A DNA stretch of 64,000 nt from an uncultured Myxococcales bacterium (GTDB lineage: Bacteria > Myxococcota_A > Polyangia > Polyangiales > Polyangiaceae): contig CALFNG010000206.1 of NCBI GenBank assembly GCA_937902985.1, forward strand, positions 3,097 to 67,096, read 5' to 3'. Positions within the stretch are counted from its first letter, which is position 1. Each line of letters begins with the position of its first letter. Shown here one piece after another: positions 36,585-46,074 of the stretch. The notes under the pieces are model-generated. The model was not told where the DNA came from. It searched no databases and saw only the letters and a program-made list of their open reading frames with translations. The translations under genes were made by a program, and so were the position numbers.

Positions 36585-38246
36585 ATGCGAAACCGCGGCG
36601 CGCATCTCAAGCGTAACCAGCAGGCCACCTTCGATGGCTTGCCTGGGCAAACGCAGGGCTCCACGAGCCCGCGTCTGTCGGTCTTGCTCGTCGAAGACTC
36701 GGTGGACGACGCGTCGCTGGTAGTCCGCGAACTCGAACGCGGCGGGTTCGTTCCGACGATCGACCGCGTCGAGACGCAGGCCGCCTTCAACATGGCGCTC
36801 GCGTCGGGCACGTGGGACGTGATCATCTCGGACTACACGCTTCCTCAATACAGCGGACTCAGCGCCCTCGCGGACCTGCGCGCCACGGGGATAGACATTC
36901 CGTTCATTCTGGTCTCCGGCACGGTTGGAGAATCCGGCGCCGTGACCATCATGAAAGCGGGCGCGCAAGACTTCGTGCTCAAAGGCGATCTCTCCCGTTT
37001 GCCGCGCGCCGTGGTGCGCGAGCTTCGCGACGCTGCCGTGCGATCGGAGCAGGCGCGGATGCGCGATCAGCTGGTGATCTCCGAGCGGATGGCCTCGGCT
37101 GGCACGCTCGCAGCCGGCGTCGCGCACGAGATCAACAATCCGCTGGCCGTCGCCATGGCCAATATGGAATTCATCTCCGAGACGCTCTCGCGCCTCATGT
37201 CGACACAAGTGAGCAAGGCGGCGCCTACATCGGATTGGAGCGGTTGGAGCAGCCTCGCCGGGCTCGAAGAGCCCATGCGGGACACTCGAGAGGCGCTCGT
37301 GCGCATGCGTGACATCGTGCGGGACGTGAAACTGTTTTCCAGCCCCCACGAGGCACACACCGACGGCGTCGACTTACTGCGAATCATCGACTCGTCGATT
37401 CGGATGGCCTGGAACGAAATACGCCACCGCGCACGCATCGTGAAGGACTACCAGTCGCTGCCGCTGGTCCGCGCCAACGAGTCGCGGCTGGGACAGGTCA
37501 TTCTGAATTTGATCGTCAACGCAGCCCAGGCCATGCCGGAGGGGCAGGCGGATCGAAATGAGCTCCGGGTGTCCACGCGCACGCACGGCGTCGATCGCGT
37601 CGTTGTCGAGATCACGGACACCGGCACGGGAATCTCCGAGGAGAATCTCGAGAAAATATTCCAACCCTTTTTCACCACGAAGGCTCCCGGCGTCGGCACC
37701 GGCCTGGGCCTCGCGATCTGCCACAGGATCGTGGCCGAGCTCGGTGGCCTCATCGAAATCGAGAGCGAAGTCGGAAAGGGAACTCTCGTGCGGCTCGAGC
37801 TCCCGGCGGTGCGTGAGAGCCAGACTTTGAAGGTGAAGACCACTCGCCCGCTCCCCGCGCAACGAGCCCGGGTGCTGGTCATCGACGACGAGCCGGCGAT
37901 AGGTCGTGCTCTGCAGCGAACTCTTCGGGAGCACTTGGACGTGACGGCCCTGACGAGCGCGAGGGAAGTGATTCGGCGCATAGAGGGCGGGGAGCGATTC
38001 GACGTCATCATTTCGGACTTGATGATGCCCGACGTCACCGGAATGGAGCTCTACGAGTACATCGTTCGGCTCGACGCCGACCAGGCCCGCCGGATGGTCT
38101 TCGTGACGGGCGGCGCTTTCACCACCGCCGCGCGCGAATTCTTCGACCGTGTCTCGAACCCGAGAATCGAAAAGCCCGTGGAAGTAGCCAATCTGTTGGC
38201 AATCATCACGGGACTCGTTCAACCCCCCGATTTCGCCCTGGCGTAG
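36585..38246 (+). CDS. Hybrid sensor histidine kinase (REC-HisKA-HATPase-REC)
   Basis: The N-terminal REC has [10 protein letters not shown]...[11 protein letters not shown]-box [11 protein letters not shown]-boxes DTGTGI and GTGLGLAI. The C-terminal REC has VLVIDDEP...[14 protein letters not shown]. The start is at ATG 36585. Confidence 0.85.
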   Translation: MRNRGAHLKRNQQATFDGLPGQTQGSTSPRLSVLLVEDSVDDASLVVRELERGGFVPTIDRVETQAAFNMALASGTWDVIISDYTLPQYSGLSALADLRATGIDIPFILVSGTVGESGAVTIMKAGAQDFVLKGDLSRLPRAVVRELRDAAVRSEQARMRDQLVISERMASAGTLAAGVAHEINNPLAVAMANMEFISETLSRLMSTQVSKAAPTSDWSGWSSLAGLEEPMRDTREALVRMRDIVRDVKLFSSPHEAHTDGVDLLRIIDSSIRMAWNEIRHRARIVKDYQSLPLVRANESRLGQVILNLIVNAAQAMPEGQADRNELRVSTRTHGVDRVVVEITDTGTGISEENLEKIFQPFFTTKAPGVGTGLGLAICHRIVAELGGLIEIESEVGKGTLVRLELPAVRESQTLKVKTTRPLPAQRARVLVIDDEPAIGRALQRTLREHLDVTALTSAREVIRRIEGGERFDVIISDLMMPDVTGMELYEYIVRLDADQARRMVFVTGGAFTTAAREFFDRVSNPRIEKPVEVANLLAIITGLVQPPDFALA

Positions 38247-38276
38247 TCATGCGAGCGAACCTTCCAACGGAGTGTC

Positions 38277-39428
38277 ATGCCCGATCAAAAGCCGCGCGTT
38301 CTGCTGGTGGACGATGACGAGCCCATCCTCCGCGCGTATAGGAGCATGATCTCACTGGCAGGGTGCGTCGTCGAGACCGCCACGAGCGGCAAGTTGGCCC
38401 TCGAGCACATGGACGCTGCTTCGTTCGACGTCGTCATAAGCGACGTCGCGATGCCGGAGATGAGCGGCCTGGAGCTCCTCCATGCCGTGCGTCAGCACGA
38501 TCTTGACGTACCGGTCATCCTCACGACCGGCGAACCGACCCTCGCCTCGGCAGTACGCGCAGTCGAATATGGCGCCTTCCGTTATCTCATCAAGCCGGTC
38601 GAGCGGAAGGTGCTCGAAGAGGCCGTGCAGCGCGCGTGCCGGCTGAACCGCATGGCTCGCTTGAAGCGGCAAGCGCTGGACCTCGCCGGCGTGACTTCCA
38701 AGAGGCTCGGCGACCTTTCGAATCTCGAAAGCCGCTTCATGAGTGCGCTGCAGCGACTCTGGATGGCTTACCAACCGATCGTCGACTGGAAAGAGCAACG
38801 CGTCTACGGCTACGAAGCCCTGCTCCGGTCGGCGGAGCCCAGCCTGCCGAGTCCCCCCGAGATGCTGGATGCCGCCGAGCGACTGGGGCGGTTGCGTGAG
38901 CTCGGCCGCGCAATTCGCGCGCGGGTCGCGAGCGAAGCGGAGCAGGCACCTCCGGATCTCAAGTTCTTCGTGAACCTGCACGCCGTCGATCTGAACGACG
39001 ACGATCTCTTCGCCAGCTCTCCGCTCGTCAAGATCGCCAATCGCGTCATTCTGGAAATCACGGAGCGCGTCTCGCTCGAGGTCGTGAAGAACCTCGACCA
39101 GCGGATGGCCAAGCTCCGGCAGCTGGGGTTCGCGATCGCCGTAGACGATCTCGGGTCCGGCTACGCGGGTCTGACCAGCTTCGCGTCCCTGGATCCGGGA
39201 ATGGCCAAGCTCGATATGTCCCTCATTCGGGGGATCGATTCGCACCCGCGGAAGCAGGCCATCGTGCGGTCGATGTGTCAGCTTTGCCGGGAGCTGGGCA
39301 TTCTCGTGGTAGCCGAAGGTGTGGAGAAGACAGGCGAGCGGGATACGTTGATTGCGCTCGGATGCAATCTTCTCCAGGGTTATCTGTTCGCCCGGCCCGA
39401 GCGAGGCCTTCCGCCCGCGCGGTTTTGA
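38277..39428 (+). CDS. Response regulator-c-di-GMP phosphodiesterase (REC-EAL)
   Basis: REC: VLLVDDDEP...DVVISDVAMPEMSG. EAL: YQPIVD....V.GYEALLR, NLH, ILEITER, AVDDLGSGYAG, KLDMSLIRGI and VAEGVE...L..LGC.LLQGYLFARP. Confidence 0.85.
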   Translation: MPDQKPRVLLVDDDEPILRAYRSMISLAGCVVETATSGKLALEHMDAASFDVVISDVAMPEMSGLELLHAVRQHDLDVPVILTTGEPTLASAVRAVEYGAFRYLIKPVERKVLEEAVQRACRLNRMARLKRQALDLAGVTSKRLGDLSNLESRFMSALQRLWMAYQPIVDWKEQRVYGYEALLRSAEPSLPSPPEMLDAAERLGRLRELGRAIRARVASEAEQAPPDLKFFVNLHAVDLNDDDLFASSPLVKIANRVILEITERVSLEVVKNLDQRMAKLRQLGFAIAVDDLGSGYAGLTSFASLDPGMAKLDMSLIRGIDSHPRKQAIVRSMCQLCRELGILVVAEGVEKTGERDTLIALGCNLLQGYLFARPERGLPPARF

Positions 39429-39510
39429 CGTGTCGCCGGCAACGACCTGGCCCACGCCGAGCCGATGATGCCGAGGGCGGGATCGGGACGAGGCCCGATC
39501 TCGGCCCGCA

Positions 39511-40245
39511 TCATGCCGCGTTGTTCGCGACCGTGCCCCTCTCCCGCGCTGGGGGGGATGACCCCGGCAGCTCGCAGAGAGAGGCGTATGAACGGCGAAG
39601 CTTCTGGATGGCATCGGCTCGAATCTGATGGGCCCGGGCGACGCTCACTCCGAGATTCTTGGCGATCGATCCGAGCGTCTCGTCCTGAGCGAACGAGAGT
39701 GCGATGACCGTCGCGTGCCGCGTGGGAAGCTGAGCGACCACGTCGGAGACGCGGCGACGCGCCCTTCGCGCGTCGATCTCCTCGTCGGCCGGAGTGTCCG
39801 AGCCCTCGAGACGGTCGTGATCGAGGATGTCGACATTGGTGGCCGCCCGCTGCAAGACGACGTCGTGGTAGGCCTCGAGTTCGATGCCCAGCTCGGCGGC
39901 GATCTCGGCGTCGTCAGGGTTGCGACCGAGCCGCATCGTCAGCCGCCGCGACGCGGACAGGGCGCGATGTGCGCGAAGCCTTCCGAGCCGCGACATCGTG
40001 TCGAGGCGCCGGAGCTCGTCGAGCATGGCGCCCCGGGCGTGGACGATCGCGAACGGTTCGAAGGCCGCGGGGTCGCCGGTGAACCGAGCGATCGCAGTCG
40101 CGAGACCGAGATTCCCGGCGGCGACCAGATCGTCGAGCTGAACGCTGGGCGGAAGCGAGCGCGCGATGGCTCGGGCGATCCGGCGGACCTGCTCGAGCAA
40201 GCGCGAAAGTCGTGGGTCGTTCCGGCTAACCGTATGCTCGACCAT
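39511..40245 (-). CDS. FliA/WhiG-family (sigma-28-like) sigma factor, paralogue 1
   Basis: Region 2: DDLVAAGNLGLATAIARF....FEPFAIVHARGAMLDELRRLD. Region 4: LPTRHATVIALSFAQDETLGSIAKNLGVSVARAHQIRADAIQKLRR. Confidence 0.75.
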   Translation of the reverse strand: MVEHTVSRNDPRLSRLLEQVRRIARAIARSLPPSVQLDDLVAAGNLGLATAIARFTGDPAAFEPFAIVHARGAMLDELRRLDTMSRLGRLRAHRALSASRRLTMRLGRNPDDAEIAAELGIELEAYHDVVLQRAATNVDILDHDRLEGSDTPADEEIDARRARRRVSDVVAQLPTRHATVIALSFAQDETLGSIAKNLGVSVARAHQIRADAIQKLRRSYASLCELPGSSPPARERGTVANNAA

Positions 40246-40280
40246 AGGCGTCCCCCCTTGCAGATTGCAGGGGCCTCCTA

Positions 40281-40296
40281 CGCAGAGGTCGTGCCA
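40281..40296 (-). promoter_or_regulatory. Candidate sigma-54 promoter (TGGCAC-N5-CTGCG) for the sigma-28-like gene
   Basis: The minus strand reads TGGCACGACCTCTGCG with correct GG-N10-GC spacing. The predicted TSS is about 25 nt upstream of ATG 40245, and an AAGGGGGGA Shine-Dalgarno lies in the leader. An NtrC-type activator gene is immediately upstream. Confidence 0.5.
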
Positions 40297-40356
40297 GCCC
40301 TCGAATCGGCGAATCGCCGCGAATCAGGCACTTTCGCGCCCAATGCCTGCGGTCAA

Positions 40357-41784
40357 TCAGACGCTGGTGGAGTCAATCGGACCCGCGTCGGATTTGTCGT
40401 CTCGAAGCTCGATGGCGTCGACCTCGAAGCGCCGAAGCAATCGTCGAAAGTTCGAGCGATCCACGCCCGCGAGGCGCGCTGCGTCCGTCAAGCGTCCGTG
40501 CGCTCGAAGGAGCACGCGTTTGAGATAGCTCCGCTCGAACTCCTGTTTAGCCTGCGCCATCGGCAGTTCGAGCGCACCGCAGAACGGCTCGGTCGAAGGC
40601 CGGGTCGCTTTGACCGAGCCCGCGAGGTCCTCCACCGACAGGTGGCGTTGCGTACACAGCACGACCCCGCGCTCCATCACGTTCTCGAGCTCGCGCACGT
40701 TCCCGGGCCAGTCGTGCGCGCAGAGGGCCGCCATCGCGGCCGGCTCGATGCCTTCGACCTTTCGGCCGTGCTTCGCGGCATGCTTCTGCACGAAATGGTG
40801 CGCGAGCAGCGGCACGTCGTCCATGCGTGCCCGCAGAGCGGGCACTTCGATCGACACGACGTTGAGGCGATAGAAGAGATCTTGCCGGAACTTTCCCTCG
40901 GCGATCTCCGCCGTGAGATCGCGGTTCGTGGCCGCGATTACCCTCACGTCGACCGGACGCGACGTGTTCGAGCCGACCGGCCGCACCTCTCTCTCCTGCA
41001 GCACCCTCAGGAGACGCACCTGAACGGCGGGAGGCAGATCGCCGACCTCGTCGAGGAAGATGGTTCCTCCCGAGGCCTCCTCGAATAGACCGCGCCGGCC
41101 CGTCAGCGCTCCGGTGAACGACCCCTTCACGTGACCGAACAGTTCGCTCTCGAGCACCGACTCCGTGAGCGCTCCGCAATTGATCGCCAAGAAGGGCCCC
41201 TCACGGCGCCCGCTCCGACGATGGATCGCGCGCACGACGAGCTCCTTGCCGGTTCCGCTCTCGCCCAGCACCAGGACGGTGACGTCCATCGGGGCGACGC
41301 TGTTGGCCATGTCGACGACCGCGCGCATCCTCGGTGACCCCCCCACGAGATCCTCGTACCGTTCGCGCGCCACCAGACGTTGTTCGAGGTATCGATTGCG
41401 ATCGATGAGTCGCTTGTGGCTCAGCGCCCGCGCAACCGCGGTGAGCAAGATTTCATTCTGCCCGAACGGCTTCACCAGGTAGTCAAAGGCTCCGCGGCGC
41501 ATGGCCTCGACCGCGGAGTCGATCGTGGCGCGACCGGTCATGACGATCGTCGGCGTTCCCGGGTGCTTGGCGGCGATCGCCGATACGATCTCGATCCCCG
41601 TCGTATCCGGCAAATGCAGATCCGTCAGGACGACGTCGGGCGCCTGATTGCCGAACGCCGCGAGTGCCGCGAACGCCTCGGCGCCCGAGCTCGCTGGAGT
41701 CGGATGGTAACCCGCGCCCTCGAGCACCCTCTGGACCGACCGCAAGATGCTCGGATCGTCGTCGACGACCAGCACCCGGGTCAT
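40357..41784 (-). CDS. Sigma-54-dependent response regulator (NtrC family: REC-AAA+-HTH)
   Basis: MTRVLVVDDDPSI...VVLTDLHLPDTTG, GESGTGKE, GAFTGA-like GSFTGA, ESELFGH, RQDLFYRL and WPGNVRELEN, with a C-terminal Fis-type HTH. The track ORF (to 43029) is a read-through artefact. Confidence 0.9.
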   Translation of the reverse strand: MTRVLVVDDDPSILRSVQRVLEGAGYHPTPASSGAEAFAALAAFGNQAPDVVLTDLHLPDTTGIEIVSAIAAKHPGTPTIVMTGRATIDSAVEAMRRGAFDYLVKPFGQNEILLTAVARALSHKRLIDRNRYLEQRLVARERYEDLVGGSPRMRAVVDMANSVAPMDVTVLVLGESGTGKELVVRAIHRRSGRREGPFLAINCGALTESVLESELFGHVKGSFTGALTGRRGLFEEASGGTIFLDEVGDLPPAVQVRLLRVLQEREVRPVGSNTSRPVDVRVIAATNRDLTAEIAEGKFRQDLFYRLNVVSIEVPALRARMDDVPLLAHHFVQKHAAKHGRKVEGIEPAAMAALCAHDWPGNVRELENVMERGVVLCTQRHLSVEDLAGSVKATRPSTEPFCGALELPMAQAKQEFERSYLKRVLLRAHGRLTDAARLAGVDRSNFRRLLRRFEVDAIELRDDKSDAGPIDSTSV

Positions 41785-42415
41785 CCCGTCCCCCCGTCGC
41801 ACTGCTTTCACGATGCCAATCGTGCCACGACGACGGTGCGCCCACAACGACCGTTTGGTCGAGCGTACCGCACGATTCATCGTAGTAGCGTGCTCAACGT
41901 AAGACGAGCGAAAGGGAACGAGACGCCGCGCGAGCCGAGGCGCGTTCTCCAGCTTGGTGTCGCGGGAGCGTCGCTTCGTTCGGTAGGCTCCCCACGCGAA
42001 GACGGTGCGTTCGCGATCGCTTCGCCGCTCGGATCGATTGGCCCGCCACTTCAGCCGCATGCGATGCATGTAGGCTCCCCATTCCCGAGCTCTTCCGTCC
42101 GGCTCGAACGGGCCATGGTCACGCGGACGGGGGCAAGGAGACCTGCGCAACCGACAACGGTGCCGGGCGATCGCCGAGCGATCTTGGCCCGCAAGACGTG
42201 CGCAGGCGCAGGCGTTCGGTTCGGCGAATCCATGTCGGCTCCTCGGCATCCAGCGGCTGACTTCCGCGGATTTGAAGGGCGGGATCCCGGAGACGTCACG
42301 AAGTCGGCGGGACCCTCGACGCGTGGCGGCGGCCTGATCGAGGGCCGACCACAGTCGAATTAGCCGAATCAGCCGCCGGTCGTGCGCGGGCCGCTCGCGC
42401 GGCTCGCGCGAGTCG

Positions 42416-43474
42416 TCACTGGCCGAGCTTCGCCAGATGGTCTGCCGCGGGTGCGAAGCGGTTCGAGCAAGCCACCGCAGCCTGGTAGTGCGCACGGGCC
42501 TGCCCGACGTTGCCGGCCAGCTCGTGGAACATGCCCAGGTTGAAGTGGGCACGATAGGTGCCGACGCCTTCGACCGTGTCGTAGCGCGTCGTCTCGCCCA
42601 GACGCAGGCAGGTTTCGAACGCGGCGAGCATGCGCCCGACGTTGCCGGTCTGCATCGCCAGAAGTCCCTCGAGGAACCGCAGATCGGGTGAGTCGCCCAT
42701 GGCGCGCTCGTGAGACTCGAGGAGCAGCAGCGCGGCGCCGGCTCGTCCGCGCGCCTTGAGCGCGTAGCCGAACTCCACCACGAGGGGACAAAGATAAGGG
42801 GCATCGGGAGCGATCGTCGACAGCGCCGCTTCGAAGTGGCCGATGGCCACGTCCAGCTGCTTGTTCCTGGCGAAGGTGCGCCCAAGCTGAAACTGCACGT
42901 AGGCGTCGCCAGGCCGTGCTGCGAGCTCCAGCAGAAGCAGCTTGAGGTTGCGCTGCGTCTTGTCGCCTTGGCGCATCGCCGCGTCCGTGTAACCGCTATG
43001 AACGGCGCGAAGACCCGTATCGCCTCCACGGCCAGGTGGGCCGATCAATTGCTCGTGGATGCGCCCGACGTAAGAGAACCCGCCCTCGTTGCGGCACAGG
43101 CGGCGGAGCGAGCTGCACTGGCGACCCTCGGCGGTGTTGCTTACGATCGTGACGTTGCCGTGTGCGCGCGTACCCGGCCGCAAGAACGCTTCGAGCCGCG
43201 TCCAGCCGTCGCTCTCGACGACCTCGTCGGCATCGACCATGAGGCAGTAGTCGCCCGTCGCCGCCGCGAGTGCGACGTTGCGTACGACGCTGAAGTCGTC
43301 GCACCACGGCGACTGCAGCACTCGTGCCCCGAGCCGTTCGGCCAGCTCCGGAGTCTCGTCGCTGGAGCCGGTGTCGACGACGACGATCTCGGACACGTGG
43401 TCGCGCAACGCCGCCAGACACTCGGGCAACGTCTCCGCTTCGTTGCGCACAATGAGGCACGCACTCACTTTCAC
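42416..43474 (-). CDS. Family-2 glycosyltransferase with C-terminal TPR repeats, paralogue C
   Basis: VKVSACLIVRNEAETLPECL......VVVDTGSSDET...A...GARV....W.DDFS..RN.AL..A.GDY.LM.DADE, then TPR-like helices. The GTG start at 43474 forms a GTGA overlap with the FkbM stop. Confidence 0.75.
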   Translation of the reverse strand: MKVSACLIVRNEAETLPECLAALRDHVSEIVVVDTGSSDETPELAERLGARVLQSPWCDDFSVVRNVALAAATGDYCLMVDADEVVESDGWTRLEAFLRPGTRAHGNVTIVSNTAEGRQCSSLRRLCRNEGGFSYVGRIHEQLIGPPGRGGDTGLRAVHSGYTDAAMRQGDKTQRNLKLLLLELAARPGDAYVQFQLGRTFARNKQLDVAIGHFEAALSTIAPDAPYLCPLVVEFGYALKARGRAGAALLLLESHERAMGDSPDLRFLEGLLAMQTGNVGRMLAAFETCLRLGETTRYDTVEGVGTYRAHFNLGMFHELAGNVGQARAHYQAAVACSNRFAPAADHLAKLGQ

Positions 43475-44490
43475 GAGGCTTCCCTCCCGGGCTGCGATCG
43501 GACGGCAGCTTGGCGACGGATCATGACGAGCGGCGCGAACTTGCCCATGGACCAGCGCCACGCGATTGCGAACACGCGCTCAACGCGACGCGGCAGCCGC
43601 CGCCGCCACCTGGCGCCCTCGTCGCGCTCGCGGGACATGCGTCCGACCGCTTTCGTCCAGTCGTCTTCCAGGCCCTCGACCGCCACGAGGCCCGTCATCG
43701 GCGCTTCCTTCGGCACGCAGAAGACGTTGGCCTCGGACTGAAAGTGCCCGAAGACGTTGTCTTCGTTGCCGAAGAAGTTCTTCGCCGTGTAGTAGGGCGC
43801 GATGTGCCAGAAGTCCTTGTAGACGACCGACGCCACCGCTTCGAGCACGCCGCGCGACCGTTCGACCGTGTCGTTTTCGAGATAGAGCACGGGGCGGCAG
43901 CGCTCTATCGTCTGTGTGGCGCCGGCGATGGCCTTGGCTTCCATGCCCTCGACGTCGACCTTGATCAGGTCGCATCGCTGGAGGTCGAGCTCGTCGATCG
44001 GGATGACATCGACCGTCTCGCCGGCGCCGTCCGCCGACGCCTTCACCGCGCCGAAGTTGAAGGAGCGTCCGGGATCGATCGCCGGGAAGGTGAGCCGGCC
44101 GCGCGCGTCGCCGACCGCCGCCATCACGCACTGGACGTTACGCAAGCCGTTCAGCGCGACGTTTTTGCAGAGGTTCTGGAATACGAGGCGCTGCGGCTCG
44201 AACGCGACGACGAGGCCCTGGTCGTCCACGGCCTTGGCGAAGAAGACCGTGTGTGTCCCGATGTTGGCGCCTGCGTCGACGACCACTCCGCCTGGAGCGA
44301 GCACTTGCCCCAGGACGAACGACTCGTCATCGCACCAGTCGCCGTAAAGATCGAGCGACCGGCCGATGAACTGGTCGTTGACGTTGTACATGAACGTTCC
44401 GTGCCGGCACTTCTGCACGGCCATGTGGGCCGATTCGACGAGACGCGCCGGGACCGTTCGAGTCTTCGAAACGAGCTTCTGTTTTTTCAT
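43471..44490 (-). CDS. FkbM-family methyltransferase
   Basis: VVVDAGANIGTHTVFFAK....G.VVAFEP......L..N..LN.L.NV....A.GD and DLIKVDVEGMEAKAI.G. Confidence 0.75.
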   Translation of the reverse strand: MKKQKLVSKTRTVPARLVESAHMAVQKCRHGTFMYNVNDQFIGRSLDLYGDWCDDESFVLGQVLAPGGVVVDAGANIGTHTVFFAKAVDDQGLVVAFEPQRLVFQNLCKNVALNGLRNVQCVMAAVGDARGRLTFPAIDPGRSFNFGAVKASADGAGETVDVIPIDELDLQRCDLIKVDVEGMEAKAIAGATQTIERCRPVLYLENDTVERSRGVLEAVASVVYKDFWHIAPYYTAKNFFGNEDNVFGHFQSEANVFCVPKEAPMTGLVAVEGLEDDWTKAVGRMSRERDEGARWRRRLPRRVERVFAIAWRWSMGKFAPLVMIRRQAAVRSQPGREAS

Positions 44491-44509
44491 GGCATATGGC
44501 TATGAAGGC

Positions 44510-45871
44510 TCACGCGAGCGCGGCGACGAGACCGCGCAGTCGAGAGCGCCGATGCGGCTCCAAGAACCCTTTCGCCGAGAGCGTCAGGGCCTTTCGTACG
44601 AACAGTTTCAATTCGTCGCTCCGCCCCAGCGTCTCCGCCGCCGACGCGGCGAGCGTCCAGGCGTCGGGCGAGCTGCCGAGCAACGGCTCGATCAACGAGA
44701 GCGCCGCGGCAGTGTCTCCGAGCTCTAGGGTCGCCTCCGCTCTGCCGAGATGTGCCGCGGTCGCGTCTGGACGCGCGGCGAGCGCAGCGCTGAACGCGGC
44801 CATCGCCTCGACAGGTCGTCCGCGCTGCAGCTCGACCGTGCCGAGCCGTATCCAGCTGTCGAACCCGCAAGCGACGGATTGGGAGAACCTGCGCTCCCCG
44901 AAGCTCAAGGACGCCCGGTAGCCGTCGCATGCGGTGGCGAAGAGATCCGCGCGCTGGGCGGGATCCGTAGTGTCGAGCGCCTCGTATTCGAACGCGTAGG
45001 CCATCAGATACGACAGTTCGGGGTTGTCCCCCTCGATCCTGGTCGCGACGCGGATCGTTTCGCGTGCATCAGCGTACCGTCTACGTCGGATCTGGACGTG
45101 CGCGCGCGCGGTAGCAAGACGCTGGATCGATGGCGATTCGCGGGTGCGTGATGCGATGCACTCCCAGCCGCGGGCTGTCGTCTCGTGCGCGTCGTCGATC
45201 GCGCCCGATCGCAGGTATTCGTACGCGAGATAGCCGTACGCCACCACGTCGCCCGGATCGCGTTCGAGCCGCGCTCGCAGCATACGGATGTTTCGATCGG
45301 TCTTGCCTTTGCCGTCGACTATCTCTCGAGTCGCTCCCAGATGAACGATGTCCACGTCCGTTCCGCCCATCCCGTGCCCGCGTCGCCTCAGCCAGGGCGT
45401 CACGTTTTCGTGGATGGCGTCGACGAACGTCAGCCCGTCGGTGTTGCGCAGCAACCGAGGCGCCAACCACACCTCGGAAGCGCAGTCGCGACCCGACACG
45501 ACGTCCTCGACGCGTGCGTCGAGGCGTGCGGCCGTGTGCATGCGCAGCATGCCGCAGTCGAACTGCGCCCGCTTCAAGGCGGCCCGGAGTCGCGCCGCTG
45601 AACCGGGTCCGAGTCTCTCGTCGGCGTCGAGTACGAGCACCCACTCGCCGCTCGCGTGACGAAGCGACTCGTTGCGGGCGGCGGCGAAGTCGTCGTTCCA
45701 CGCGAAATCGAACATGCGCGCGCCGGCTTGGCGCCCGAGGTCCCTGGTCGCGTCGGTGCTTCCGGTGTCCACGATCACCATCTCGTCCACGGCGCCGCGA
45801 ACCGAGGCCAGGCACCCGGGCAAAAGCGCCGCCTCGTCGCGGACGATCATGCAGAGCGTGATTCGGGCCAT
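44510..45871 (-). CDS. Family-2 glycosyltransferase with C-terminal TPR repeats, paralogue B
   Basis: MARITLCMIVRDEAALLPGCLASVRGAVDEMVIVDTGSTDATRDL....GARMFDFAWNDDFAAARNESLRHASGEWVLVLDADE, followed by a long TPR-like C-terminus. Confidence 0.75.
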   Translation of the reverse strand: MARITLCMIVRDEAALLPGCLASVRGAVDEMVIVDTGSTDATRDLGRQAGARMFDFAWNDDFAAARNESLRHASGEWVLVLDADERLGPGSAARLRAALKRAQFDCGMLRMHTAARLDARVEDVVSGRDCASEVWLAPRLLRNTDGLTFVDAIHENVTPWLRRRGHGMGGTDVDIVHLGATREIVDGKGKTDRNIRMLRARLERDPGDVVAYGYLAYEYLRSGAIDDAHETTARGWECIASRTRESPSIQRLATARAHVQIRRRRYADARETIRVATRIEGDNPELSYLMAYAFEYEALDTTDPAQRADLFATACDGYRASLSFGERRFSQSVACGFDSWIRLGTVELQRGRPVEAMAAFSAALAARPDATAAHLGRAEATLELGDTAAALSLIEPLLGSSPDAWTLAASAAETLGRSDELKLFVRKALTLSAKGFLEPHRRSRLRGLVAALA

Positions 45872-45888
45872 GACCTTCTGCTGCCCAC

Positions 45889-45904
45889 TGCAATCGGCCG
45901 GCCA
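45889..45904 (-). promoter_or_regulatory. Candidate sigma-54 promoter (TGGCCG-N5-TTGCA) upstream of the GT2-TPR/FkbM operon
   Basis: The minus strand reads TGGCCGGCCGATTGCA with correct GG-N10-GC spacing, in the divergent intergenic region. The caveat is that the predicted TSS leaves only a ~7-nt leader before ATG 45871. Confidence 0.3.
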
Positions 45905-46074
45905 GCGGTCTCGCCGAACGTGAGCGGTCTGCCCGGGGAAAGGCGTCAGCTGGATGACGTTCGCGCCGACACCGAATTGACGCGCCCCTTTCGGACACAG
46001 GCGCCTCCCGGCCGCCTCGGCACTCGTCGCCGCCGGGAGCCGTGGTGGGAACGTGTCTTGCTCCCGGGGCTGCG

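Noticed and set aside
41806-41825. TGGCACGATTGGCAT on the minus strand just upstream of the NtrC-type activator, which looks like a sigma-54 -24 element.
   Set aside because: The -12 GC is two bases too close (GG-N8-GC instead of GG-N10-GC), and sigma-54 spacing is strict. The motif also sits only ~20 nt from the start codon.
40357-43029. 890-aa ORF that would fuse the NtrC-type regulator to ~415 upstream codons and overlap the GT2-TPR gene.
   Set aside because: Only residues from MTRVLVVDDD (ATG 41784) onward are homologous to response regulators. The upstream part is Arg-rich, and between 42416 and 43029 it is antisense-frame noise over the GT gene.
46046-46062. GGGAACGTGTCTTGCT, with correct GG-N10-GC spacing, upstream of the plus-strand GT2-TPR gene.
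   Set aside because: The predicted TSS would fall on or past the only start codons (GTG 46042/46075) that preserve the conserved I-S-L-C-M-I-V-R-D-E first strand. The motif probably lies inside or at the very start of the coding region.
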